Origin: Styela clava
Taxonomy: Eukaryota
Length of the DNA stretch: 64,000 nucleotides
Assembly (NCBI RefSeq): GCF_964204865.1
Contig: NC_135254.1
Span: 21,446,199 to 21,510,198, forward strand
Direction of reading: 5' to 3'
Numbering within the stretch: position 1 is the stretch's first letter; every line of letters begins with the position of its first letter. Position numbers and translations under genes: made by a program. The notes under the pieces were generated by a model. It saw only the letters and a program-made list of their open reading frames with translations. It was not told the DNA's origin and did no database searches. Positions 53,587 through 64,000 of the stretch are shown here, piece by piece.

Positions 53587-54197
53587 GTACTGTTCGCAAT
53601 CGAATAATTTTCTGTTTAATGCTGCATTAAAACTATCGGACAGTTGGTTGTTCGCACAATCACCTCGTGTATAAAGTTTTTGCACCAGGGGCCAAAATTT
53701 TTGTCACCGGATGTGAGTGTGACCTAAAAAGTTACATTTTATGAACAATATTCATAGTGTTAAAAAAGTAAATGTGGAAAACAATAAGCCTCGTGCCAAA
53801 ACTGACTTTAATCGCAATCTTAACAAATTTATTGAGCAATTTTTTAGGTAAAACGTCAAAATTCGGTTTTAGTTAGGTTGTGGCAGCATTTGGCAGGCCA
53901 GATTGAACTACTCAACGAGTCGTAGTTTGCCCATGTCAGATTTAGCTCAATTAATAGGGCAGCATGTAATAACATTACTACAAAAGTTTGAACGTAATTG
54001 TTGCTACCAATATCTATAAGTAAGTCAGTCGGCGATTGTTGTGAAGTAATATGAACCGCACGCTGCCTTGTTGGTGTAAATGGTGTAATTTCATCAATCA
54101 ATGAGAACAAGTTATTCGTACGCCACGACGACAAAAATATATCAGATATACCGATATGGTGCTAAGATTTTATTTGATAAAATTCTTTTGCATCCAG

Positions 54198-54295
54198 ATG
54201 CTGAAACCCATGTACTTTTGAATGCTACCGGTCTCCCGCCACCAGGAGAGTTCCGCGAGATATCTCTGAGAGATATAAGAGGGGATAATATTCAG
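54198..54295 (+). CDS. Hemicentin-like exon 8
   Basis: (D)AETHVLLNATGLPPPGEFREISLRDIRGDNIQ, compare GIPTYVLLNTSGISTPARIDLLELLSISGSSLKT. Donor CAG|GTACGT. Confidence 0.65.
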
Positions 54296-54836
54296 GTACG
54301 TGAATTTCGTTTGATTTTCTAAACGAAATTTATATGTGGACGTATATTAGACAAAATATGGAATTTATCGAGGTCGTGAATTTCAAAAATAGCATGGATT
54401 ATTCATGAGTAATTAGGATGTTAATTCTGGAACGTAACAACACTTGCTTGGACCTTTGAACACGTTTGGACGGGCGGGTTGAAGCAAACACAGGAACAAC
54501 TGATATCGCACAACGCCTTCGGTGTTTTTAAGTTAATATGTTTTTACTCAACTTTTCATTGAATAGATTGTTAACCTTTATCACGCTCTCTCGTTTTCCC
54601 TCTAGGCAAATTGTTAAAGTAAAATTTGCCGTCAATTTTTTTTGTTCTATTTCTATAAGAATACGAATAGAGATCCAAAGGGTAAAAGGGCTCTCGAAGG
54701 AGTATAAAACAATTTTTAAGTTTTATCTAGAATTCGTATTATATAATTGTTGGTTAAGGCGAAACTGTAGTAATTAATTTATCATGTCTAAAAGTACTTA
54801 AATGCAATCATGTTTATACGATATCTATTTTATCAG

Positions 54837-55002
54837 GAAATCACACTCGATCCTCCACCAGATCCCGGAAACCCATATTTATATGCGGTTCGCCCTCTTC
54901 TCACTCCGTCTCAAGATTTTTATATTTATGTGCAAGGCGTAACACATGAAGGATACCCCTTTCAACGAACAACTAAAAACGCAATCTTGAACGTTGAACC
55001 AG
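54837..55002 (+). CDS. Hemicentin-like exon 9 (3' boundary uncertain)
   Basis: EITLDPPPDPGNPYLYAVRPLLTPSQDFYIYVQGVTHEGYPFQRTTKNAILNVEP, compare ...NEAFFLKVTGYDKDDYLFQRVSSVSFSSIVP. The donor CCAG|GTTTGG is weak; the ORF stays open to 55046. Confidence 0.5.
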
Positions 55003-55092
55003 GTTTGGACCCTAGTTTTGTCATGTATAAATCTGGGATAGTTTGACGTCAGTTCGTATCTGTTTTTTCGACCGAGACGACATGCTGTAGAG

Positions 55093-56588
55093 CAGTGGTT
55101 CTGAACCTTTTTCAGTTCGCGGACCGGTAAAATTTCAAAACGAATTTTGCGGACCGGCGGATCCTTAAAATTACCCAAAAATGTCATGAAAACAAAACAT
55201 AATCAAAAGAATGCAATTACGACAAAAGTAGGCGGTGCAAAAAAAGGAAAATCCAATTTAATGAGAAATTTGCTGCTTTCTTTCCGATAGGATACGTGTT
55301 AAACAGACTAGGCACATGGGAAGTGGTACATTTTGGTGCTGGGAACAATAGTGAAACCTAGCTCCAAATAGTTCTTATCTTATTGCCCAATAAAGTCTCC
55401 CTCTCGTTTTTTGCTTGTTTCTGCGTGATCCCTTTCAACATTGCTGCAAGGTCGTTTCGGGGGATGTTATAAAGTTGAAATAACAGTCTCCTCCTCAGTC
55501 CTGTCAACACCACTAACTTTGTTTTCACCGGTGGGTTTCTTTTGAAATAACCAAATAATACTTTGCTGTTTGTTTGCCTCTATTTTACTATAAAACATCG
55601 CTAAATTATAGACCTACTGTCAAATTACGGAACGTACGAACTGCGAAGTTCTCAATCAGGTTCTAAAAGCGCTAAAGCGCTCCACAACTTTTTTTTCTAT
55701 GTTGCTGCCCGCTCTAACGGAAAGTTTTACTTCACCGACCACTTTTATTAACATTTTAGTTTCAGAGGGTAAAATAAGTCGAGGGAGGATTGTCCAAAAC
55801 AAGTCGAATATTCGAATACTTTTTCGGCAAAATTTTGAATAATTCCGAATGATAGCCACTTTTCGCCGTCAGCTGGGTGTTTCGTTTTCGAGGGAAATCT
55901 TCAAACGATTTTCAGCGCCTTTTCACTTATATTAATGACGATGAGATAGAATCGGAACCTCATCGTTTGTCAACTTCTGTGCGAGTGTACGCCGCATATG
56001 GTTGGGACATTTTTGCAGGGTTGCGTTATTTGCATTCCGCCATTGCCTTGCAAGGCTTCTTATTTACGCATTCATTCTCATTGCGTCGAAATTGTCAAAA
56101 TCATGTGAAGCTGTAATTGTAATGATAGCGGCTAAATTGATGAAAGCGATTGGGATTATCACGGTGAAACAATTGATATCCTGCTAAACATTCGAATTAA
56201 TTTTTAATTCTAAGACAAATACTAAAGAAATACGAATAATTTAGCAACAAGTTTGCGGCCCACTATGAGATGCTTAGCTGTTGAGAAACGCTGCCGTACT
56301 ATGCGCTAACTCCTCCGTTATGACGCTAGCCGCATTTCTCAAGTCATAGACTTGACGAAAATACAGCCGTTCAGGGTTTGCAAATGGGCAGAGGACTTCT
56401 CACCAATTTTGGTATTTTGACGAATACCGGTACTACGAATCAATGAGAGTCAAAAAAAAAAAACACAAAATGAATGGACATGCCGTCAATACTTTGTATT
56501 TTGCAATTTGCTTATAATGTATTAATTTTGGAATATATTTGGCGGACCGGTAACAAGGTTGCTGCGGACCGGCGGTTGAGAACCACTG
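55093..56588. mobile_element. hAT-type MITE (~1.5 kb) in a hemicentin intron, with a perfect 8-bp TSD
   Basis: TIR CAGTGGTTCTGAACC at 55093; its inverse GGTTGAGAACCACTG ends at 56588. Flanked by identical CTGTAGAG (55085-55092 and 56589-56596). An internal piece at 55786-55850 (GGATTGTCCAAAACAAGTCGAATATTCGAATAC) matches the terminus at 20500-20557. A further terminus, CAGTGGTAGGCAAAC, starts at 56597. Confidence 0.7.
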
Positions 56589-57184
56589 CTGTAGAGCAGT
56601 GGTAGGCAAACTGTGGGCCGCGGCGTAGACGCATACGATTTCTCATTACCTTCCTGCTGCCCACAACAACAGCCCTTTCGCAAAAGATAGCGTGACAATT
56701 GATGGGACGCAAACGCCAGCATCATTTTCATTGAACCTTGCAATCTTGTACAGCAAATACTTTTTTTTATTACTAATCAGTATATAAAATTAATACTACT
56801 ATATTTTGGGAATGGATGAACATCTCTAGTAGGGTAAATGGAGAAATGAAACATTTATTTATCCTTTCCCAAAGAACAATACATATTGGTTAAAATTTAT
56901 GAAAAATGGGGCCGACATTCAATTTTGGCCATACCGTCAATGAAATCTCCACCCCCCTCTACTTTTTATTGATATTACTTGATCTCAATATCGAATTGTC
57001 TCACATCCTGAATGTAAATTTAATGATGATTAATATTTTACTTTTAGGTATTTAATAACAAGTATTTTAGTTAGCGTTACCTAAAAAGTGTGTTAATTAG
57101 AAACAATCTTCCTTATTGCAAAGGAAAATACTAATTAATGCTAGTGAGCTCCAGATAATAACAACTTTTCTATATATCCGTTAG

Positions 57185-57341
57185 TTGCTCCCTCAGTGTA
57201 CATGAAACCAACTCATCCAGCATATTTTGATTATCCTGCTGAAATACCTTGTGAAGTTTCAAGTTTGATTCCCTACCATGTGACATGGAGTAGAAAAGTG
57301 GATGGCAGATGGAGAGCAGTTGGAAGAAGAACCTTACATCA
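57185..57341 (+). CDS. Hemicentin-like exon 10: first half of Ig domain 1
   Basis: (V)APSVYMKPTHPAYFDYPAEIPCEVSSLIPYHVTWSRKVDGRWRAVGRRTLH, compare VPDAPKVTMPEKTPGYYLQPGQIPCSVDSLLPFTLSFVRNG. Donor CA|GTAAAT. Confidence 0.6.
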
Positions 57342-57502
57342 GTAAATACTATTTTGCGTAATGAATTACACTTGTGCGGGATGCGTCATTTTTTTCGAAT
57401 TTACAAATCATTTAGTTCTAAATCAAATTTTCAAATTCCATATTTGTACTTACCGGTATCATATTTATACATCATAAATTTTTTTGTATGTGTTATTGAT
57501 AG

Positions 57503-57624
57503 AGTCAGTTCTACAGTGTATTTGAATATACCTGAAATAACAGATGAATCAGAAGGAAGTTATAGATGTGTTGCTAACAATTCAAAAGGCCTTGATTATG
57601 GTGAAACGTTTTTGGATGTTGAAG
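57503..57624 (+). CDS. Hemicentin-like exon 11: second half of Ig domain 1
   Basis: (Q)VSSTVYLNIPEITDESEGSYRCVANNSKGLDYGETFLDVE. Donor G|GTTAGT. Confidence 0.6.
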
Positions 57625-57823
57625 GTTAGTGAACATCTTTCTAATTTAGTTTTAATAATAGTATATTATAATATGTCTTTTATATTAACCAATCAACTCA
57701 GTAAAGTAATATGATAGTTTTTATAAGTATACAAAATATACACCAATAATAGTAATGGAAACGCATATCTGTTAATTAGCAATTCATATAACCCCGTTCA
57801 TTTGATATATCATTATTGTATAG

Positions 57824-57965
57824 AGAGACCGCCTTCTATCAGAGTTGATGGTAATGTCACAGTTGAACCTGGTAAACATGCGATTCTGACATGTCACATT
57901 AAAAGCAAGGTGAAGTTTACAGTTTCCTGGAGTAGATTGGATGGAAGAGCATTCGACATAACAAG
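57824..57965 (+). CDS. Hemicentin-like exon 12: first half of Ig domain 2
   Basis: (E)RPPSIRVDGNVTVEPGKHAILTCHIKSKVKFTVSWSRLDGRAFDIT. Donor AG|GTATGT. Confidence 0.65.
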
Positions 57966-58061
57966 GTATGTATGTTTTCAGTAAGTAAGTAAAACTGATG
58001 ACATTCATTAGATGAAGAATTACAGTTTCATGTGACTCTATCATTTTTTGAAATAATTTAG

Positions 58062-58189
58062 AGTTAGAATGTTGTCAAATAATTCACTTGCTGTCACACG
58101 AGCTCGACCTGATGATGAAGGTGGATACAAATGTACTGCAAGAAACAAGGGTGGAACAGCAAACGATACTGTCTTTCTCACTGTTCAAG
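58062..58189 (+). CDS. Hemicentin-like exon 13: second half of Ig domain 2 (apparent GC donor)
   Basis: (R)VRMLSNNSLAVTRARPDDEGGYKCTARNKGGTANDTVFLTVQ. The only phase-compatible donor is CAAG|GCATGT. Confidence 0.55.
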
Positions 58190-58362
58190 GCATGTTATTG
58201 ATTATTCTATCTCATTTTTATTATCATTGTACATATTCTCAGTTGAATTAGATTTGTTGCTATCTCATTTGTACAATTTTATCAAAAAGACGGAGCTTTT
58301 CTTATGTATAACATCCATTTCATCCAGTTTCAAATTTTTACCTAATTAAAACCATATTTCAG

Positions 58363-58513
58363 CTGAACCTGAAGTATTAGTTCGGCCATTGAACCCTGTT
58401 CAATATGTTGTAAATCAGATTGTCTCACTCAGATGTATCGCGAATGGACATCCCGATCCTTCAATTGCTTGGCTGAATGGAACTGAGTTTATAAGTCAAG
58501 ATAAACATGTGAA
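58363..58513 (+). CDS. Hemicentin-like exon 14: first half of Ig domain 3 (3' boundary uncertain)
   Basis: (A)EPEVLVRPLNPVQYVVNQIVSLRCIANGHPDPSIAWLNGTEFISQDKHV(K). The phase needed by the next exon implies the weak donor AA|GTACAT. Alternative GTGAAG donor at 58508. Confidence 0.45.
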
Positions 58514-59133
58514 GTACATGGATTATTATTAATTTATTTTATTTCATTTATTGTTGCATCGTACCCAGAATTACTAGTTTAATCACATGGATTGGGGTAA
58601 GGCTACATACCACTCTTCATGCTAAGTTTACCATAAATTCAAACTTTCATTTTACATTATCACTGTCATAGATAAACCGAAGAACAATTTTTGGTTGGAA
58701 TTATCAACCTACATCAAATGAACCTGATCTCATGACGAATTTGAGCTTATGAATATAAATTGAGCTTACATATCTTCAATATGCAGTATTTGTTGTTGAT
58801 ATTTGCAGCATGCTATTACTGCCTTTAAGCCTAAATTAGTAATGTATATGTGTTCTCAAGGCTCCAGGAATGACTCTGACTTTCGTCCAGCTCTGAATAA
58901 AAATAAGTCAATGCATCAAATGGAAAAGTTTTTTTTTTCTATTTTAGTTTATATTTCTTCAAATCCAAATTATTTGCCACTCTGTCCAATTAGTAATTAG
59001 TATGCCAGAAATAATACAATCTTCTTTAGGATTTTGTTCATCCCAAAACAATTATAGGATGGCAGGGGGCTTCATGAATTTTAATGACTGATAATTTGAC
59101 ACTCAATAATTTAAATATATCTTACACAAATAG

Positions 59134-59258
59134 AATTCGAAGAGGTGGCACAGAATTGCGATTTATCAAAGCTCAACAGGAGCATGCAGGAATTTATACT
59201 TGCCAAGCTACAAACAAAGCTGGTTCTGCAAGTGACACAGGACGTCTGATATACACAG
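59134..59258 (+). CDS. Hemicentin-like exon 15: second half of Ig domain 3
   Basis: IRRGGTELRFIKAQQEHAGIYTCQATNKAGSASDTGRLIYT. Donor G|GTGAAA. Confidence 0.55.
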
Positions 59259-59530
59259 GTGAAATATAAACATGATGTCATTGTTCAACTAATTATTAAA
59301 CTAATTGTTCCTAACTAATATCCAACAAACTTTTTTACCTAACATTCATTTTGACGTTTTTGACTGAAAGTAACTAAAGTTTAGATTATCGCTCTTCTAT
59401 TTATAGATATATTGCAGCATATAACAATGCAACTCTTATTTGTTTTCTGGTTTGTTTAATTTATAATAATGTAATAAATATGTGATGAGGATTTGTTCAG
59501 TAATAATGACAGTTTTGAATAAATTTACAG

Positions 59531-59688
59531 AATCACCTCATGTTAGTTTGGATGAAGATAGGAGACTTGTGCTGGAAGGACAATCAACAGAATTTAATTG
59601 TCATGTAACTGGTGAACCGAAACCAAGAATTGCGTGGTATTTCCTAGATGGCAACCAAATTGTTAATAATGAGAGACATCAGATATCA
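59531..59688 (+). CDS. Hemicentin-like exon 16: first half of Ig domain 4
   Basis: (E)SPHVSLDEDRRLVLEGQSTEFNCHVTGEPKPRIAWYFLDGNQIVNNERHQIS. Donor TCA|GTATGT. Confidence 0.65.
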
Positions 59689-60005
59689 GTATGTTGTTTT
59701 TATTTTAAAGTTTAGCATGTGTACACTCACTTTGGGCCAAAAACTTTGGGCTTTCTTTTTTAATTTTTGAGAGTTAGTATGATATGGGTAAATGCACTTC
59801 TAATTAGTAATATATATTTTAATATTTGAAATATTAATATATAAGATAATTTGTCTAGTGTTCTTTAAAATCAATATCAAGTCCTATGTTAATCGTTATC
59901 TACAGACACCTCCTCGTCAGTAGTAAATCCACATATATTCATTTGCCGGCCTTTAAGCTACTTTGTTTTGTTGTATTAACCCAATTATGAACTTTGATCA
60001 AATAG

Positions 60006-60168
60006 GATGATGGAGTTCTGACTGTAAGAAATCTGCAGACATCTGATACTGGAGAATATACTTGTCAGGCAGTTAATACTGTAGGCAGAGACAGCGATGC
60101 AATATTTTTACAAGTTGGGACGATACCTAGAATTGTGCTTCCACCTATTGACACTGGAATTGATATTG
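60006..60168 (+). CDS. Hemicentin-like exon 17: second half of Ig domain 4 plus linker
   Basis: DDGVLTVRNLQTSDTGEYTCQAVNTVGRDSDAIFLQVGTIPRIVLPPIDTGIDI. Donor G|GTATAT. Confidence 0.6.
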
Positions 60169-60308
60169 GTATATACACAAAGTGATATTCCTTTTTAAAT
60201 TTAATCCCTCGTTCTTTTTATATTTTTGTAAATATTTCATGATGTAGTGATGAGAAAAATAAACCTGACATTCAGTTTATAAGATTGCAAGCTCTTTTCA
60301 TTTTACAG

Positions 60309-60599
60309 GTAATGCTGGTAAACTACCATGTGCTGCTGATGGTTATCCTGCTCCTGAAATTACTTGGTCAAAACTTATCGAATCTACAGAAGAAGAAGAA
60401 GACAATGGTGATGGTGTGATTGTTGGAGTATTCGAAATTGTGATTGGTCAAGAAAATGATAGAGTATACCACGATCTGAACAGCAATAGTCTTATCATCA
60501 AAAATATGGAAATGGAAGATGTTGGGTTGTATACTTGTTCTGCTGCAAATCAATTTGGCGGGGATGCAAAATCTGCTGAGGTTGACATTACAGGATTAG
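60309..60599 (+). CDS. Hemicentin-like exon 18: complete Ig domain 5
   Basis: (G)NAGKLPCAADGYPAPEITWSKLIESTEEEEDNGDGVIVGVFEIVIGQENDRVYHDLNSNSLIIKNMEMEDVGLYTCSAANQFGGDAKSAEVDITGL. Acceptor TTTTACAG; donor G|GTGAAT. Confidence 0.7.
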
Positions 60600-60996
60600 G
60601 TGAATAGAATAGAGTTTTATATTTTGCACATTTAGCTTTTTATTATTTCTGACAATGTTTGATTTTTCCACACATTGGTCAGAGACAGTTTGGTTCCCTG
60701 AATAAAATTAAATTTCCATGAGACAAATGGTTCAATACATTACAATACATACAAAGCATAATAACTTGTGAAGCTATATCAACATTACCAAGTGACTGGT
60801 TTTTTAGCATGATTGCATTTTAGCGGAACCACCAAAAAACTTTACGAAATAAAACTATTAATAGAAAAATTGTCAAGTTTTTAATAAATATTTTGCTTTT
60901 AGATTGTTGGCTGAATTTGTAAAAAAAACTACCGGTACATAATCATAAATTGAAAGAAAATGATTTTAATTGCTTTGCCTTTTTCCTTAAATGCAG

Positions 60997-61148
60997 TAAA
61001 GCCATGGATAACGTTAACTGAAGAAAGGCCCCATGTAATCATAGGCCAATCAATTGCATTGCCATGTCGTATCACATCTGGCAATCCAACTCCATCTCGA
61101 CAATGGCGAAGAGACAGTAGAGTGTTTGATCCAACTGGTAGAATTTCA
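60997..61148 (+). CDS. Hemicentin-like exon 19: first half of Ig domain 6
   Basis: (V)KPWITLTEERPHVIIGQSIALPCRITSGNPTPSRQWRRDSRVFDPTGRIS. Donor TCA|GTGAGT. Confidence 0.65.
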
Positions 61149-61293
61149 GTGAGTTTAATATTGCTTTACTTTTATAATCATTATTTTTTCCCACAAAACA
61201 TGAAGTCACAAACTAAACGCAGTTAGAAATTCATTTTTATTTCTGTGTCATGCATTTTTATTTTTTAATTTATCCACATTCGATTCTTTTTAG

Positions 61294-61414
61294 GTCAGTC
61301 AAGAAGGAAGCGTTGTAATCACACAAGCTCAATCTAGTGATGCTGGAGAATATGTTTGCATTGCAAAAAATGTTGCTGGAGAGCATAGTACAAATACTAT
61401 GTTGGATGTTTGGG
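61294..61414 (+). CDS. Hemicentin-like exon 20: second half of Ig domain 6
   Basis: VSQEGSVVITQAQSSDAGEYVCIAKNVAGEHSTNTMLDVW. Acceptor TTTTTAG; donor G|GTTAGC. Confidence 0.65.
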
Positions 61415-61794
61415 GTTAGCTTTAACTTTGAAATATAAAAGTCCAAAGTTTAATATTCATTTGTGAAGTCTATTTCACAACAAAATAGGACTTAGTTTAA
61501 AAAAATATAAAGAGCGATTGCAAAGTTTAAACAATGGCAAGATCAAAGGTTGTTTGAACATATACTATCTATTCAACTTTGTTCTCTAGGTTGTTGAAAA
61601 TATTTCAAAACTGCTGATTTATTGTTATTGGATTTTGTTCAAATTTTCTGGGATTAACAATGAATATTTGTTAAGCAAAATGTGATCTACAACTATTTCA
61701 TACAATTAGATGGAATGATAAAATGAATAGAATTTTTAAAATGATTTGTAGAATTTTTTGTGTTATTACAATTTAAGTCATTTTTTGGATGCTC

Positions 61795-61995
61795 CAGAAG
61801 TATGTGTACCAATATGTAGGTAACTAATTTCGTTCGCCTTCTTTACATCAAGTTGTGTAAAGGGACCGAAGCCTATGGGCAGGGGGTATATTCACTTGGT
61901 TAACAAAGACAGTCACCGAAATTGTAATAGAACTAAAATAAAGAATCGAAATTCGGAATAAAATAATGGTCTAACCCTATCCTGCTGCACATGCT
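61795..61995. repeat. SINE-like dispersed repeat (second copy) in a hemicentin intron
   Basis: Homologous to 49676-49880 (GTGTAAAGGGACCGAAGCCTATGGGCAGGGGGTATATTCACTTGGTTAACAAAGACAGTCACCGAAATTGTAATAGAACTAAAATAAAG...). Confidence 0.6.
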
Positions 61996-62122
61996 ATGGG
62001 AGTACCGTTTTTAGTATATTGTGTCTACATTGTCAGTTTGGCTTATAAATAACGTCACGTATAAAGAAATGATAGTTGTGTTTATTCAAGATATCAAACT
62101 GTTTTATTTCTGTTGTTTATAG

Positions 62123-62398
62123 TTCCACCATCAATCTCTACGCCTGAAACGGACTACACTACCATAGAAGAAAGATCTATCACACTTAGATGTGAAACTT
62201 CAGGCAATCCAGTACCTACTGTGCAGTGGACTAAAGCAGGTGTAAGAGGTCCACTTCGGTACCTTCCTGATTACAGAGTACTAAGAGATTATAGTCTAGT
62301 GATTTCTTCACCCTCACCAGAACATTCCGGTGACTATACTTGCACTGCAACCAATGCTGCTGGAACTGATTCGATGGACGCTCATTTGATTGTTTACT
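62123..62398 (+). CDS. Hemicentin-like exon 21: complete Ig domain 7
   Basis: (V)PPSISTPETDYTTIEERSITLRCETSGNPVPTVQWTKAGVRGPLRYLPDYRVLRDYSLVISSPSPEHSGDYTCTATNAAGTDSMDAHLIVY. Donor T|GTAGGT. Confidence 0.7.
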
Positions 62399-62680
62399 GT
62401 AGGTTACATTTTTTACTATACTTGCTTATATGAATTGGATGACTAAACACACTCGGTTGATATTTTATTAAGAATACATATACTGTAATTCCATATGGCT
62501 TGGAAATGAGAAGAGATGAAATGTTTTATTCTTGATTAAGCAGTATTTCTGTTTTTCTATAAAAATACCATAATACGGGTATCTAAAATTGAAGCGCAGT
62601 ATTTTTTATCATATAATGCCAAAACGTTTAATATTCATTTTTCTTTTTGTAGGAATTTTTGATAACATGTTTCTTTTTAG

Positions 62681-62890
62681 ATAAACCTCGTACTAGGGAT
62701 GGCTCATTGGATCTCTACACAGTCGTACAAGGTGATTCTATCACACTCGATTGTCCAGTTACTAAAAGTAACCCACCACCAACATTTAGTTGGTCATTTG
62801 AAGGAATTGACATCACTCATCGCACAGGACAATATGAGATATCAGATGATGGAAAGTTGAGGATTTTTTCCGCTCAAGTGTCTGATGATG
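62681..62890 (+). CDS. Hemicentin-like exon 22: first part of Ig domain 8
   Basis: (Y)KPRTRDGSLDLYTVVQGDSITLDCPVTKSNPPPTFSWSFEGIDITHRTGQYEISDDGKLRIFSAQVSDD. Donor G|GTTAGT. Confidence 0.65.
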
Positions 62891-63291
62891 GTTAGTTTAC
62901 CCATCTTTTCTTTTTTGTATCCAGATTTCGATTATTTTCTCAACTAAACTTTATTTGAATATTTTCCGCTGCAAGATATTTTCTACATTTACTGCGGATT
63001 ATATTATATATTTATCCATATTGAAACATTTTGATGTTTCACACGTATGACATGGCACTGTAAGAAGGCTTTCTAGCATTATTCTTGATATTCAATTTTA
63101 ACTTAACTGTAACTTTTATAACATAACATAACAAAACTTAGATATTCATCAAATAAAATGTTGGTAGTCACTATTTTGATAGTTTCAATTTTACTAGAAA
63201 AATATCTTTTTTAATACAAGTTTTCTCACATTATTGTCGCAAGACACAAAAAAATAACCATGTAATAAGTTCTATATTATTTTATATTCAG

Positions 63292-63398
63292 GTCAATATA
63301 CATGCACAGCAGTCAACGAAGCAGGTTCAGTATCTCATAAAATGTCTTTAGTTGTTCAAGTTCCCCCGCGAATCCTTAGAGGACCATCTATAATCAGG
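63292..63398 (+). CDS. Hemicentin-like exon 23: end of Ig domain 8 plus linker
   Basis: (G)QYTCTAVNEAGSVSHKMSLVVQVPPRILRGPSIIR. Donor AGG|GTAAGT. Confidence 0.65.
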
Positions 63399-63804
63399 GT
63401 AAGTTTTTTTCAACATTTCTGAGGTTTTCAGGTCGTCATTCTGAAACTTGCTTCATGTAAGAAGGCCACTTAGACATAGTTTTAAAAGGATCAGATCTTT
63501 TGGATCCAGTATGGCCTATCTTGGAATGTTTATTCTAATGGAATAGCCAGGACTTCGAGCATTAATTTAAAGTAATTCGAAGTTGAATATCTTAGAGAGA
63601 TTTTTCAATTGAGTCTAATTTATTACTTCATGGCTGAGGTGTCAAACTTTAGCTGAATGACACGGGTCTATGATGGGAACACAGTTAAGTGAAAATAATA
63701 TTTAATTGCATTGAGGAATATAGTTGATGTTGAAAAATTATTTGGCTTAATATTCCCTATTTTTGAGTAGTAGTTAAACTGATACTGAGTATATCTTATA
63801 TTAG

Positions 63805-63931
63805 GGTCTAGAGGGTGAAGATATTGGTTTGAGATGTGAAGCTACAGGAATTCCATTGCCAAAAATAAGATGGAGGAAAAATGATGTTGAAGTAACTAGT
63901 ACTGGACGTCTCTCATTAACACATTCTCAAA
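63805..63931 (+). CDS. Hemicentin-like exon 24: first half of Ig domain 9; the gene continues past the window end
   Basis: GLEGEDIGLRCEATGIPLPKIRWRKNDVEVTSTGRLSLTHSQ. Donor A|GTAAGT. Confidence 0.65.
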
Positions 63932-64000
63932 GTAAGTTTTTTATGGATGTACCCATACCGGACATGGATGTTCACAAGCCGAGAGGCCATGGTTTGCCAT

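Overview
This 64 kb window is eukaryotic nuclear DNA, most likely from an invertebrate metazoan. It is AT-rich, has spliced genes with GT-AG introns, and carries many MITE, SINE and satellite insertions. I see no prokaryotic operon, CRISPR array or defence island. All calls below come from reading the sequence and the six-frame ORF track. No database search was run, and every exon boundary is hand-derived.

Genes (three):
- Hemicentin-like gene, + strand, CDS start about 47155, running past the window end. The first 9 exons encode a signal peptide, an N-terminal VWA domain ([19 protein letters not shown]) and the hemicentin spacer region. Exons 10-24 encode tandem I-set immunoglobulin domains (G-Y-C-A-N core motifs).
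- Collectin-like gene, + strand, about 23523-25547. It has a signal peptide, a short Gly-X-Y stretch and a C-type lectin domain split over two exons.
- Sushi/CCP-repeat gene, - strand, CDS start 30114. It has a signal peptide exon and at least two complete CCP exons (27470-27682 and 26768-26950), and continues toward lower coordinates.

Mobile elements:
- 463-3464: a complete hAT element with a perfect 8-bp TSD (GTGGTTGG). It carries a frameshifted ZMYM1/TTF-type transposase.
- 4613-6466: a 1.85 kb TIR element whose only ORF is an intact 198-aa BED-zinc-finger protein with no catalytic domain.
- 12616-23347: a 10.7 kb TIR element with 8-bp TSD (CTGAATCC). It has inverted subterminal 45-bp minisatellite arrays and no intact transposase. 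Nested inside are a hAT-MITE, a 112-bp satellite and a palindromic MITE.
- At least seven hAT-type MITEs with perfect or near-perfect 8-bp TSDs. Several sit in hemicentin introns, including one nested inside another.
- Two LINE 3' tails, a 95-bp satellite array, SINE-like dispersed repeats and possibly a BEL/Pao-like pol fragment at the left edge.

The most novel candidates are the BED-finger-only TIR element and the large subterminal-minisatellite element.
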